Of a stretch of 64,000 nucleotides of DNA, positions 1 through 16,075 are shown in pieces; within the stretch, counting starts at the first letter, position 1; every line of letters begins with the position of its first letter. The stretch comes from the human T2T-CHM13v2.0 reference genome, Homo sapiens, in the NCBI RefSeq assembly GCF_009914755.1, contig NC_060932.1, one strand, 5' to 3'. Under the pieces are notes generated by a model that searched no databases, was not told the origin of the DNA, and saw nothing but the letters and a program-made list of their open reading frames with translations. The position numbers and the translations under genes were made by a program.

Positions 1-414
1 TGTGCGGTCTCTGTGTGTGTGCATAGTGACGCCAAGATTATTTTTTCCGTCGAAATGTCTTGTCCACAAAGCCTACACAATTTTTGTCTAATAGCTTCCC
101 AGTGAAAGAATGTCGGAGGGGAAAATATCCAAGCAGCAACAACTCTTATTTCATCCACACCAACAGAAAGAGAACAATGATCACAATGCCCTCAGATCTG
201 AAATAATATTCACATACATGTTAGAGCTTAACATGTCTAGAATCCCCCAGTGGGGATCAACATGCAGTCAACATTCTCACCGAGTAATACCATTAGTCGG
301 GGCACAGGGAAGTTAAAGATAACTTCCCCTGAAAAGTTGTTATCCTGTATGATAGAATAATGAGCAGTCTCTAATTCACAAAGTTGCTGAGAAATGTTCC
401 ACACTGTCAGTATA

Positions 415-590
415 CAGTGTTTCTCAATGGAAGTACTACTGGCATTTGGGGCAGAAAAATTCTCTATTGGTGAGGATAAGGGACTGCCTGACAGTCTGAT
501 GAATGTTTAGCGTCCTTGATACATCCAATAGCACTCCCAGTCATTAAGATGACCAGAAATGCCCCTTCAACATCCCACCCATGTCTCCAA
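415..590. mobile_element. MER20-like hAT-Charlie DNA transposon fossil
   Basis: Begins CAGTGTTTCTCAA (Charlie-type TIR), followed by GGCATTTGGGGCAG...AATTCT...GAATGTTTAGC...TAGCACTCCCAG, resembling the MER20/MER20B consensus; heavily diverged. Confidence 0.55.
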
Positions 591-2150
591 TTATCCAGTT
601 ACTTCCAAGGGATGTAGGTACTGCTAGCATATGGATGGATGGGGATAGGTGCACATACAAACTCACACTTTAATATCCAAGTTGCTTCTATATATTTTAT
701 GTCACAGGTTTTATATATAGATATGTATGTATTCATATTTATCATTACGGAGAGAGAGAGGAGAAATATGGGGAATGGAACTACTATTTGCTGAATGTCA
801 ACCCTGTGCAAGCCAGACACAGAGTTTGCACAAGTATAAGCTGGTTTGGACAGATTCAACTCAGCCACTTACAAACACAGAATGTCTTTATTTTTCCTAA
901 TAACTGGTATCTTTGCTTTTTTGAACCTCCAGGGGCTCAAGGATGGAGGAATAAAGAGAGAAAACCTAAGCCTGTAAGAACAGCATTCCCACCCCTTCTG
1001 ATCTGCACAGTCCAACCCATGCATGCTGTGCTCTAAGCCTGCATGAGAATCAGGCCTCCTCCTGAGCTGGTCTTCCCCTTCTCTTCCTCAAGGTCCTGCT
1101 TGGTGCTCTCAGTTTCCCTGCATCAGAGGCTGCAGGGCAAGAGAACAGGTGTCTGCTCAAGGGTGAATCAAGGAAACTCATTATTCCAAGAAATTATTTC
1201 ACCTCATCACTTTATATTTATTTTATTTCATTTAACTTTCTGAATAACCCTGAAAGATGTAGACTTTAATTCTCATTTTTCAGGTCAAGTCCATTTTCCA
1301 AGTAGGAGAGCCAAAGGTTTTCACCCTGAAGCCCGAGTTTGTTTCTCTTTACATCCTTGCCTTTACGATACCATGCTACCACTACCAATGATAGTCATGC
1401 AGAATACCAATCATGTCCAGGGGTGACCAAGACAGCAAAGAACCTACAGCAAACTCATTTCAGATCATCTGTTAAAAAACAGAGTCTCCGTCAGTCAGAA
1501 GCTAGAGGCATAAGATATTCTGGATGATGGAATCATCAATTAGCCACCACTGCCTCTATTTGCATAAAATAGAACTGCGAAGAGTTGAGATACCATCTTT
1601 ACCCCTCAAGGGGCTTGCAAACTCGTGAGAAAATTAAGAGAGAAAGCATATTATATAGCGTAAAGGGTTAAGTAAGGCTGACAGTAAAGGCATGTACAAG
1701 TTTACCAAGGAGACTGAATGTCTTCCTAAACTCCTCTCCTGGAAAAAATCAACCTAATATATAATAACAAGCTTTTGATGATTCATTCTACTATGTCCAT
1801 TGCAACGTAAACATTTAGTAAATATCTGTTGCATGAATGAATAGATGAGGTCATGAAGAGTACCTCTGATGAAGAGTTGAATAGAAAAGAAGTTTTAAGC
1901 AACTCTTCCGTGCTCTCTAAAAGATACACTACTGTAGCTGCTGTCCGTTCTGGAGACTCACCTACATCTGGAATATCACATGGGCAGCATCACCCTCATG
2001 AAGTGCACACACAACAAAGCCAAGCTAAGAGGAGTGTGCTGAGTAGCTTGTTTTCCAGGCTGGGCTACTAGTGAGCCTACACCAGCCTCAGCTGTGATGC
2101 CCCAGGAGAATGATACATTAATAGGAGTCACAGAATTTCGAATATCCTAG

Positions 2151-2667
<517 letters not shown>

Positions 2668-3609
2668 TGAAACACTGCCCCAGGAGAAACACTGCCCTGG
2701 TGGCACATTCACGTACACAAAGAAACCACCCCACGTGAAGGCAATAAAAAATCCATTCTTCCTGGAGGTCTGAAAAAAAAAATACTTGAAGTTTCAAAAC
2801 ACCATCAAGATAAAAGGATGAGGTTTTCATATCTGCATGCCTTTACTTGCACTCATTCAAACTCTGGCATTTTAAAATTACCTATTTCTTCTACTTAACC
2901 ACAACCATTTGAATTTTGATCAAGTTAGCTAAGGTAACCCAATTCTCTTTTATCCATAAATATAACTAGTACCTTAATCCCAATATCAAATATCCATTGA
3001 TGGATTGGATGTTAAATAGTAAGCTACAGGAAGGATCTCTGGAAAACATTAATGTATCATCCTCCACTCATTTCATCTGAGTGACTCTAGTCCAGTGAGG
3101 CAAAGCTAACCAGTAAGATGACCACCAGCATGATCTCTGAACTGAATTCAATAATAAGTAGGTTATGCAAACAAGGATGGTTACAAACAGCTCAGAAGCT
3201 GTTTCTCCTTCATCCCTTTGTACTCCATATAGATTTAATTCATGTATTCATTTGTTTACAAAACAAGCCACACACTGTAAAAAGAAGAAACAAAATTGAA
3301 CATAGTCCGTACCCATTTATGCCTGAGGTTGCAATTTTTTGAATTTTTGCAAACAGACCTTGGCGATGACCTTGAGTAGGATACAAATAACTCCCACATG
3401 CTTAGCGTTCCAATAATGGAACACTTGGCAAAAATTAAGAAACTTGAAGAGTAAAGAAAAAAAAATTCTAGGCAATCTCAACAGATATCCTACAGAGAGG
3501 ACCAAGCACACCAGAGTTTGCAAGAAGGACTAAGAATACAAAGTTATGAATTCTAGAGAAATGTCTGGTAGTATGTTCGCCAGAATGTCATCTGTAGTTA
3601 ACTCTAGAG

Positions 3610-4261
<652 letters not shown>

Positions 4262-6299
4262 TTCTAGAGGATGAAATTTTGGAGTGATTTTTACTTCCTT
4301 TGCATTTCAGGTACTATTTTACTTCATTCATAGAAAGCTTGTATCATTTAACAAAAACAATACGGTATTTAAAAAAGAAGTAACTAAAACCATCCATTTT
4401 GCCCATCATCTTCTTTCACGTTGTCTGGCTTCAACAACTGTGACCTAAGATACAACTCATCTCACCAGGCAGTATTCATTAATGTGTTAGTTACAATGTA
4501 TTAATTAGAAGAACCTTGAATTTTTACCCAGGGGATAGTCCTCCAAGAAGAGAATGAAAGTAGCATGATTTCCACGGTTTTCCCTGCTTTCCTTCTAAAG
4601 ATGGAGAAGTACAGAGCCTTGCCCTAAAAGTTGGCTGAGTTCTGTAGGAGACTCTGACATTCGGTGCCTTTGATTAATCTCAAATCATAAAAGTTGTGAC
4701 CAACGCCTTTTAAAGCAGTTAGTGGTTTTGTCTTAGTGTAAATGGCCAAAAGGCACTAGGAGCCTAATAAAGGATGACTCATTGTTGTGAGTAATAACAG
4801 GTATTGGTATCAATTTCTGTGATTGAACTTCTGGTCATCAACAAATGATAGCAATGGTTAAGATACTGCATCTTCTATTGTGCAATACCTTTGTGGACCA
4901 ATTCAATTTTGAACTACCACCACCAACATTTAAGAGAGAAAACTTTCACGAGAGACTTTCGGCTGACTGTGGTACCAACACAGAACATCTCTGTCATCAG
5001 CGCTGCTCAGTGGTTCCCGCTATACCTGCAGGATCAGGTTCAAGCTCCTTAGCCCGGTTCAGGAGCCTGGCCCCCAATGTTCTCAGCCTCATCTCCCACC
5101 ACAGTCCATGTGCTTCTTCCGTCCAGTTGCAGCCAGCAGGTCCAAACTGACTCCCTCTGGCCCTGGTACCACTGCACAGGTGATTCTCACTCCTGAGTGT
5201 CCCCCTTCTCTCCCCTCTTCTTCTCCATAGCTAACTCCTGCTCCTCCTTCCAGGCTTGGGTCAAGCCTGTGACTACCTGGGCTCACTTTTCTACCAAGAT
5301 TTTGATCTGTGCCACCACACCACTCTGCAAGAAACTCCCCAAGCCTTAGTCATATGGATGTCCCAGTATGCTGGGCTACACACAGAGGAAGCAGAGAGTA
5401 CATGTCTTTGGAAAGAATGACCTAGCCAGAAAGTTGTCCCCTACTCCCCAAATGAGGCACCTGGCAGCCGTCACACCCATTACAATGTTCAAGCACAATT
5501 ACTGGACATATCCTCAAAATCTGGAAGTCTTATCACCACATGCCTTGCGGAATCGCTAATGACAGACACAGAGCAACTAGTGTTTCATCAAGAAGATGGA
5601 ACAGGTGAATTGCATCAAAGCACCTTAGTTTGAATTCTGTACTTTCTTTCAATCTTACTATTTAATGTATCTAGTTAATCATACAGTGAGTTATATTCCA
5701 AAATAATGTTCTCTACCTTTCTAAATAATAAAATACATCTTCCCAGTACATAAACCAATAGCTTTATTTTTAAGGTAGAACTGATGTGAAATTACATGTC
5801 ATGAATTATTCATATTACCCAATTTAATTCAATTATTTTTACTGAATTCATATCTAATCCATAAAAATGTTTAACTCAACCAAAAAAAAATCATCTCTGC
5901 ATCCTCGAATAATAGATTTCTTGCAAAATTTCAGGAAAGATAAGTGGATATTTGGTTTGAAATGGCAAGGCATACTATAATTGCAATGATGAAAATAATT
6001 TTAGCTATTTAACCATACATCCTGTTCTATTTACTGACTGGTATCTCATAAAGGAAACTTATTTAATATCAAAGTAGAATCATAGGAGCAAGAAGTGAGT
6101 CCTAGCTCCAATTATGGCACCAGTCACTTTTAGAATTTTCCATAAGAGTCACACGGATAGCAGACAGATGCCTCCTCAAATGGGAGCAGATATTCTGCTA
6201 ATCAAAAGCACAAATTTTGTGCTTACAGAAAAACGGGTCTGGTTTGCACCAAAGAAATCATACAGGGGAAAACCACCATTCCCCTCTCCTTAGTGAAAA

Positions 6300-6685
6300 G
6301 CCCTTTGAGGCCCATGCCATTATACCACACTCACTCCTCAGCCTCTCTCTCGCCTGCCAATCTTCTTGGAGCTGTCACCATATTTATCAATGGCTTTGCC
6401 AATGATCTCCCTGTCCACTTATCTATCACAAATCTTGGCAGTTTGGGGTGGTCTCAATGTCCCCAAAGAAGGTCTTGAAACCCCTTTGCCTCTATGTTTC
6501 TAGATGTCTTCTGATCCAGTGGTCTTTATCACTTCACTTACACCACCCAAGGCTGCAGCCCCACCCACACCAGAAGCCCCTCGACCTCTGCAATCCCAAG
6601 GTCAAAGGGCCATTCCCCAACCTCAGCCTCCCAGAACTTCTACTGTCTTCACACCTACTCCTCCCTGATCTCATCGAGACTTCCA
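6300..6685 (+). mobile_element. Ancient L2 fragment (probably continues at about 8120-8200 and 9075-9560)
   Basis: C/T-rich degenerate sequence typical of L2 ORF2 remnants; interrupted by younger insertions. Confidence 0.45.
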
Positions 6686-6686
6686 C

Positions 6687-6780
6687 TTGAGGCTGCAGTG
6701 AGCTGCGATTGCACCACTGCACTCTAGCCTGGGTGACAGAGTGAGACCCTGTCTCAAAAGAAGAAGAAAGAAAAAAAAAA
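6687..6780 (+). mobile_element. 5'-truncated AluJ 3' fragment
   Basis: GAGGCTGCAGTGAGCTGCGATTGCACCACTGCACTCTAGCCTGGGTGACAGAGTGAGACCCTGTCTC plus A-rich tail. Confidence 0.93.
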
Positions 6781-8115
6781 GCATAGACCAATGGATTGGA
6801 ATAGAGAGCCCAGAAATAAGGTTGCACACCTACAACAATCTGATCTTCAACAAAACTGACAAAAACAAGCAATGAGGAAAGGACTCCCTATTCCATAAAT
6901 GGTGCCGGGATAACTGGCTAACCACATGCAGAAGATTGAAACTGGACTGATTCCTTACACCACATAGAAAAAGTCAACTCAAAAGTAAACCTCAAAACCA
7001 TAAAAACTCTGGAAGACAACCTATACTGCCCTGAACATAGGAATGGGCAAAGATTTCATAATGAAGATGCCAAAAGCAATTGCAACAAAAGAAAAAAATT
7101 GACAAATGGGATCTAATTAAACTAAAGAGCTTCTGCACAGCAAAAGAAACTATCAACAGAGTAAACAGACAACCTACAGAATGGGAGAAAATTTTTGCAA
7201 ACTATGCATTTGACAAAGGTCTAGTATCTAATAAGAAACTCAAACAAATTTATAAGAAAAAACAAAACCCCATTAGAGTGGACAAAGGGCATGAACAGAC
7301 ACTTTTCAATAGACAACATACATGCAGCCAACAATCATATAAAAAAGAAGTTCAACATCTCTGATCATTAGAGAAATGCAAATCAAAACCACAATGAGAT
7401 ACCATCTCACACCAGTCAGAATGGCTATTACTAAAAAGTCAAAACATAACAGATGCTGGTGAGATTGTGAAGAGAAGAAAACACTTACACACTGTTGGTG
7501 GGAATTAGTTCGACCATTGCGGAAAGCAGTGTGGCAATTCCTCGAAGAGCTAAAAACAGAACTGCTATTTGACAGAGCAGTCCCATTATTGGGTATATAC
7601 TCCAAGGAATATAAATCATTCTCCTATATAGACACATGCACATATATGTTCGCTGCAGCACTATTCACAATAGCAAAGATGTAGAATCAACCTAATGCCC
7701 AATGACAGAATGTAAAAAGAAAATGTGGTACATATACACCATGGAGTACTATGCCACCATAAAAAAGAACGACATCATGTCTTTCGCAGCAACATGGATG
7801 GAGCTGGCGGATATTATCCTTAGCAAACTAACACAGGAACAGGAAACCAAATACCTCATGTTTTTACTTAGAAGTGGGAGCTAAATGATGTGAACACATG
7901 GACACAAAGATGGGAACAAAAGACACTGGGGCCTCCTTGAGTGTAGAGGGCAGGAGGAAGGACAAGAGCAGAAAAAATAACTATTGGGGTGCTAGGCTTG
8001 GTATCCGGGTGACAAAATAATCTGTACAACGAACCCCCGTGACACAAGTTTACCCATTAAACAAACATGCACACGTATCCCTGACCTAAAAGTTAAAAAA
8101 AAAAACACAAAAAAA
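6781..8115 (+). mobile_element. L1 (old L1PA, about PA13-16) ORF2 3' end, 3' UTR and poly-A
   Basis: ORF fragments [37 protein letters not shown] and KMWYIYTMEYY match the L1 ORF2p C-terminus; L1PA-type 3' UTR ending in an A tail. Confidence 0.95.
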
Positions 8116-8203
8116 TACTTCCATTGCCTCAGCCCCACTGTACTCTGGATCCACTCACATTCCTAATCAGACCACAGAGCACAATTCATCATTTACATCA
8201 CAG

Positions 8204-9071
<868 letters not shown>

Positions 9072-10409
9072 CTTAAGTCACTTTTAAATCATTCTTGCCC
9101 AAACTCAACTCTCGTTTCCCCTTAAACCCCTGCCACACCTGCCCCCACAAAATCCCCATCCTGGATCGCTCTAAGCAACTATTTTTGCACTTCTACGTCA
9201 GCCTGTCAAGCACTGCAAAAGAAAGTTGCACAGTTGTTTAGGTAGGTGGGGGCCATGACAAAAATCACAATCTCCAGCCTCAGGTGGATGCACGGTCAGT
9301 GCTGCCCACAAGTCCTTCTCCAGGCCCTAGCCAGCAACCTCCCGTTCCCCTGCCAAGTTATCTATTTCAAGCTATCTTCACGGTCCTCAGGCTCCCACCC
9401 CCATCATTTCACTGCTCATTCCTCCCTCACAGAAAAATTGAGAAACCATCAAGGTACAGTCTTAATTTTTTGCCTACCATCGACAAACTTATTGTTGTCA
9501 AGATCATCCTTACTGCCAGCTTTAAGGGATGAGGAGCTGTCTTATCTGTACCCATTTCAAATGGCATTTTTTAAGTGACTACCCTTTATTAACTTTTTCT
9601 GAAATGTTTGACTTAATTTTAATGCAAACGAAAGCTTTTTATTTTGCATCTATATTTCACTGGTTCACTTAAAATGTAATTAAATTGTATAAATTTAATT
9701 ACTAACAACTGACATAAAATGATTTGGGAACACACACAGGAGACTCTTGGTAAACATGCAAATCATGGACGTGTACAGGTGCACAGAGACACAGCCAAAT
9801 AAGCCGAAACCATGTAGGCTAGCTAGCCCAGCAGCCACAGCGTTTGGAGAGAGAACAAGGCTTCCCAATTAACACAGTGAGTCTGCAAGGGCAGGTCAGT
9901 TAAGAGCTTCCATTAGATTCACCAGGCTTCGCTTTAATTATACGATTTGTTTACATGATCATCTCCCCTACTGTATTCTAACTCCATGCCTTCTCATCTG
10001 GGTATCCTGAGCACATCCAGCATAGTTCCAAGAAATTCTTGATGTTCAGCAAATATCCGAATGTAATTGAACTGAACTGAATTGACGTGAGGTAACGCTG
10101 GATAAAACATAAGAATCCAAAACATTTTAGCTTAGTATTTTGGAAGTGACTGAGCCATACACAGAGAGCTGGTCCTTAAATCGTGGTGTCACTACCCTTT
10201 TGTACATGTTCTAGGGTGCCAGTGTCAAAAACCAGACACGGATGGGCAAATTACAGGTCTTAGAGTGATACCTCTTCCAAATAACAGAAAAAGCACTCTT
10301 GCTCACCCAATGAGAATCCCATATCCTTCCTATTTGGTACAATCACAAAGTGATTGTTTCCAAGCTCAGCAGGGCTCTCAACATGGCTGAGTACGACTCT
10401 TGCCGGTGC

Positions 10410-10830
10410 CTAATCAGTCTTTCTGCAGGACAGTCTCTGTGTGCTCTGCTGGGACCACTCTCTATCCTGTTGCACGACCTGTATCAATGGGCTCCCTTGA
10501 ACTCTGGTTTCTGTTGGACTTGGCCAATGGGATACACTGATGGGAGACTCGGTATTTCTTCCCCCAGCCCTCTTTCCACAGTTTGGCAGTGGCTGAGTTC
10601 CTCTACTAAAGGGCACAATTCCTACAGGGCGACCCTCTCCTATATCACGGTTCAATACTTGTCATTGCTCTCTTCTTGCCCCTTTTTGGGTCTAGGCATG
10701 GTAAAGCTTCAAAGCTCTCTGCCAGCTCTTGTTGGTTTCTCTTAATCCTGACCACACCTTTGTAAATAGTGTCTTCCTTCAGCTTTCTCCAATTATCCCT
10801 CTTAGGTACATTTCTGCCAGGACCCTGACC
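10410..10830 (+). mobile_element. LTR33-like ERVL solo LTR
   Basis: GGCTCCCTTG...CTCTGG...TTGGCCAATGGG and 3' end CCACACCTTTGTAAATAGT...CTGCCAGGACCCTGAC resemble LTR33. Confidence 0.7.
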
Positions 10831-11244
10831 AAGGTAGTCCCTTTGTACACCAGAGAGATAACCCCAGCATTGTTCTCAGTACTCTACTCGATTATAAGAC
10901 GTCTCCCCCACCACCTCATCTCTCCTCCCTTACGACTGTCTTCACTGACAACCTGGTGCTCTCCAATAATCATGCACATGCTGTACTTGATCACTCAATG
11001 CTTGTGTCTTTTGTCACAGCATTTCTTTGAATGGTTTTCTCTCCCAAAGGGCAAGGCTGTGCTTTAATCATCTTGGTAACCCAAGTGCTGATCAGCGAAC
11101 CAAATACACACAGAAATACCTTGCGCCCTGGTTGCTTTTCTGTGCTAGAATCACTCCAGACTTCAATCATCAGCCTGCTACAAGCCACTCCCAAGCCTGG
11201 GACTTAATCGCCAGCAGAAAGCACGTCCACATGTCCTCTGTTAC

Positions 11245-11339
11245 CTCCTCTAGATGCTAAGGAATGTGACTCCAAGAAGATTCAAATAGCAGGATCCTAC
11301 AGCGTTCTGCCATCATCTTATTGAACAAAAGTCTTCTGT
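11245..11339 (-). other. Candidate non-coding (5'-UTR) exon, 95 nt (91 nt if the downstream AG is used)
   Basis: Minus strand: acceptor ctttgtcag|ACAG|AAG (weak pyrimidine tract) and donor GAG|GTAACA; unique sequence. Confidence 0.4.
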
Positions 11340-13560
11340 CTGACAAAGACCCATTCATATTTCATTATGAAGATAAGCATTTTATGGACAAATTATATAG
11401 CAATATTAAAATATACCTGAAACAATATCCCAGATAATGGAGTTAATGGCTTTAATTCGCTATCACATGTTTAGAGAGTTCTTGTGTAGACACAAGCTAT
11501 GAACTATGAGAAGGCAGAAGAAAAGTCTATGCAGATATACAGAAGGCTAAAAGACATACCCTAGATCCATCCTGCTCACAGGGGATTCCACGTCCCAGGG
11601 AAGGCAGGGAGGGGTCCCTCCTCCTAAGTCTCCAGAACCTACCTTCATGAACGCTGAGATCATCTGGAGGGGACCAGACCAGCCCGGGCTGGACCAGGAA
11701 AGCCAAGAATTGTTGCCTTCCCATATTCCACATTCCCATATGCCTTCCCAATGTCCTCTTCCCAAAGAACCCCTGTATCCTACATGTTCTAGCACAAGCC
11801 TAGAGACAAATTCTGCCTTGGGTGGGAATTGGGGTAGCTTAGAAAAGAGTGCCACATTGGAGGTAACAGAGGAGCTGGTTTTGAGGGACGTGTAGAAGTC
11901 CACCAGCTGTTGAAGATGAGGCCAGGCGTCCTCAGAGGAGAGAACAGAAAGTGCCAAGGCCAGGGGCAGCGGTAAGGAGCACACGGCACACTGGGGAAGA
12001 GTCAAATGCTGGAGCCCAGGGTGTGGGCGGAGCGGTGGGAGATGAGGACACCCAGATGGCTTGGGGTCAGGTTCTGAAGAATGTTGGGTACTAGGCTCGA
12101 GTTTGGACTCTATGGTGGGGGAAACAGAGAGCCCCTGACAGTCTTTAAAGAGGGGAGAGATGGATCAGGCCTGTAGCATTTCCTCAGGGAGGTTATAAAG
12201 CAGATACAGAGGTACAGACACATCTTCTGTGCTTATTTATGTCATGGGGCCTTTGCACATAGTTGGAGCCATGATTTACATAGCTGTGCTTCCCCATAGC
12301 ACTTCCCATGGTTCACTGCACGCAGCTAACACTCAGCCTATGTTTGTGGAATAAATGAATGAAAGAGTCATTATTATCAAGTCTCTCCTACAATCAAGGA
12401 TATACTCCAGTGACTGATTATAGCTGCCAAGGCTATTTGGGCAATGAACTAAAAACATTACTCCAACATGGGAAAGAGGAATCAGAAAAGCCACGGTGAA
12501 TGCTCCAGCTCTGCCAACCACCATCAGCCCAAGGGGAGAATTAACACCCAGGGAAAAGAAAATCGCCAAAACCTTACAGTGAAATCCTATCAACACCTTT
12601 GATTTGGTGTCTGTATCTTTCCTGACTGATGAAAATTAAACCTCTCTCAGAGTGATGAACGGTTTCTTATGTTTTTGTTTATGTTCTACCTTCAGCATCT
12701 CCTGATCAAGATGAAAGGTTACATTTGTGTTGATTTGGGCAAGGAAGTTGGGACCCAGGATTTTTCTTCATCACAGTAATCAGGGATTCATTCATGACTG
12801 AAAATGAGAGTAAATTTAGGGTTTCTCTGACAATATTTCCTAACTGGTTCATCAAAGGAAACAGAGTCCAAGTTCTTGAAAATTAAAATATTTTAATACT
12901 AGCAAGTAATACTCACAGCTATCAAAAAGACCCTGAAATGTATTTGCTTGATCTTTCAGTAAATGGGCAAGTCCACATATTGTTTTCACTCTCATCAGTA
13001 CCATCAAATTACAGACTATCTATATCTATATATAAAAGATACTTAATTTGATTTGTAAAAGACATGCTCCCAACAGCTAGGATTCATTCTAATACCCCAC
13101 ATAGAAACTTACATGTATATCAAGGAACTATTTTTCTCTGCTCCCAAAAGACGAGCCCCAAGTTCACACTTCCATGGGGACAAGACCAGCCCTGCTCCCC
13201 TTTCTATGCAGAATGCGGCTGACCAGAGAGCTGGATCAGGGCACCTGGCAGACCCAGTCTAGGGAAGAGCTGTGGATTTTTGAGGCTGTGTTTGTTGCCC
13301 CTTCTAGGAATTTTCCCTTCACGATTCTTTTCCCTAAATGCCCAGTGCTCTGCTCCAACCTCTCTCCTCCCCCATCCCATGTTCCATCCTTTGTGACTTC
13401 TCTTCCCTCAAAAATCAAACCTAGGAACTCAACAAAGTAGGCATGCCTACTTAGAAGAACTCTAGGAATCTGACAGAGGCGTCTCTGTTTTAGGAGAGGA
13501 CTCCTAGAAAGCATGAGGCCAAGAAATATGAGCTGCCATTTCAGGCATGCTCCTGCATAG

Positions 13561-13946
<386 letters not shown>

Positions 13947-14269
13947 AAAACTCCATCATATGTAAAATCTACAATGCCCAGTGTGTTGGCAGACCCTGCT
14001 CCGTGCTCCTGCAGCATCCTAGGTGTCTATCGATGGCATGTATGTTATCACACGATATCCAAGTGATTTGTCTACTTATCTAGATGGCTACCAGCCTACA
14101 ACAATCTGTAGAAGCCTCAAGGGCAAGGACCACCTCTTTGTTCTCTGTACCGCAGAGCGTAGCATGGCGTTCAGCATACAGGAGGTGCTCAAGAATTGCT
14201 TATCAAACGAATTACTTTTTACTCACTATGTGAAAAGAATGAACTATGTGATGCATTAATACTATAGTC

Positions 14270-14469
14270 CAGGGGGTGTCCAATCTTTGGGCTTCTCTGC
14301 GCCATATTGGAAGAAGAACTGCCTTGGGCCACATATAAAATACACTAACGATAGCTAATGAGCTTAAAATTTAAAAAAAATCAATGTTTTAAAAAAGTTT
14401 ATGAATATGGGTTAGGATGCACTCAACGGCATCCTGGGCCACATGTGGCCCACGGGTTGGACAAGCTTG
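14270..14469 (+). mobile_element. MER30 hAT-Charlie DNA transposon
   Basis: CAGGGGGTGTCCAATCTTT...ATTGGAAGAAGAA...TACACTAACGATAGCT...GGTTGGACAAGCTTG; degenerate 8-bp TSD CTATAGTC/CCATAATC. Confidence 0.9.
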
Positions 14470-15056
14470 CCATAATCTAACTTGAGTTTTAGTGTCATTG
14501 GTTGCAAGGATGGTGCTTTCCTTTGACATGTAGCTTCAAGCCATGCACCATGAGGGCAGACCGCCAAGCTACCATTTCAGCAGCTCCAACTCAGAGCAGT
14601 GGTTCCAGCCACGATCTCACATCTCTGTCCCCTCGAGCCACCATGCGTGAATCAAGTGGGAGGTGAAGGGGACGGCAACTATTCTGGCCCTATGGTCCCC
14701 ACCACAACCTGGTTTTATTCAAAAATTAGTATCTTGTTTTAAAAATGGATAGTGTTTACATTTTTGTGTGTTTTGTATTTATTAATTAATTCATTAAACA
14801 GTCATTGAGTGTGGACTGTGTCCTCTTCTAACTCTTCTTAACGCTGGGGATACAGCAGTGACTAAGATGACGTCCTTGCCCTGCGGGACCAGTGTATCCT
14901 CCTCAAATTCATCACGCAGATCCGTGGGCCCTCCTTAATCATGAATGGAAATCTCTTGTCTGCCCAGACTAGACAAACACAGCTCATGGCATCAATCTTT
15001 TAGAAAGCGCCACTGGTTCTGACCACTCTCTCCATCAAATCCTGTCTGAGAGTCAC

Positions 15057-15330
15057 TGCATTGTTCCCTAGGGCCGTGTGGCAACAAATTACCACAAATC
15101 TGGGTCTTAGACACAGAAATTGATTTTCTCGTAGTTCTGGAGGCCAGAAGTCCAAACATCGAGGTGCTGGAGGGGCCCTGCTCCCTCTGAAGGTGCTAGG
15201 AAAGGATCTTTCCTTGCCTCCTCCAGCTTCTAGTGGCCCCTGCCATTCTTACTGTTCCTGGCTGTGGCTGCATCACAGCCAGCTCTGTCCAAGTCTTCAA
15301 TGGCCTCTTCGCTGTGAGGCTGGTCTCTCT
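15057..15330 (-). mobile_element. MLT1B/C-type MaLR LTR fragment
   Basis: AACAAATTACCACAAA...GTTCTGGAGGCCAGAAGTCC...CTCCCTCTGAAGG...CCAGCTTCTAGTGGC. Confidence 0.8.
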
Positions 15331-15399
15331 TCCATTCCACAAAATCTAACCCCATGACCGCAGTTACTCTTCTAGTGTTCTATGAATATATTTTTCTTC

Positions 15400-15935
15400 A
15401 CAAATATTTAACTTCAAATTTATTGTGCTGTCAGCTGATGTGAGACAGGGATATAACTTTACATTTTTGACATAGTAAGCCAGTTGCCCAAAGCCATTTA
15501 TGAAATTATCCTTTCACTTCTGACGAGGCAATGTCATCTCTATAATACATGTTCATGTTAACCTGGGACTTCTCTTTTGTTCCAGCAATCCACTGGTTTA
15601 TTCCATTCCTAAAACTACACTGTTTAATAACTAATTTTATAGTATGTTTTAATATCTGGTAAATAAGTCCCTATCATTGTTATTGTTTTTCCCCCAAATA
15701 TATCTTGAGTGTTTTCATGCATTTAAACATTCCAGTTGAACTTAATCATCATTTTAGCAAATCCTTCACAAATTTTTCACTGGGATTTCTGCTAGAATTA
15801 TATTACATTTACATATGAGATTTTAAGAGAATTGACATCTTTACAATATTGAGTCTTTCATTAATTTAAGGCTTCCTTTCTTCCCTTTAGTAAATTTTTG
15901 TGGTTTGCTTTCCTTGGTCCTGCAAATTTCTTTAA
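15400..15935 (-). mobile_element. Old L1M ORF2 fragment
   Basis: Antisense L1 motifs such as GAATTGACATCTTTACAATATTGAGTCTT and ATAGTATGTTTTAATATCTGGTA. Confidence 0.7.
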
Positions 15936-16075
15936 TTCAATCCCTGACCCGTCACTTCAATTATCCACTTGCCACCATCCTCAGCTACGTAAGACCTCTC
16001 TTTTTCCATAGAGCCTTCTAGCAAAATCCCAACTGTGGATCAATCTAAGTGCATCTTCAATATGCACACACTTGG

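Noticed and set aside
2670-2698. Short direct repeats (GAAACACTGCCC x2; also AGAGTACAACAG x2 near 60140) as CRISPR-like
   Set aside because: Only two copies, consistent with local slippage duplication in eukaryotic DNA.
11547-12005. Longest ORF (152 aa, - strand)
   Set aside because: Non-ATG start, partly overlaps L2-like sequence, and resembles no known family.
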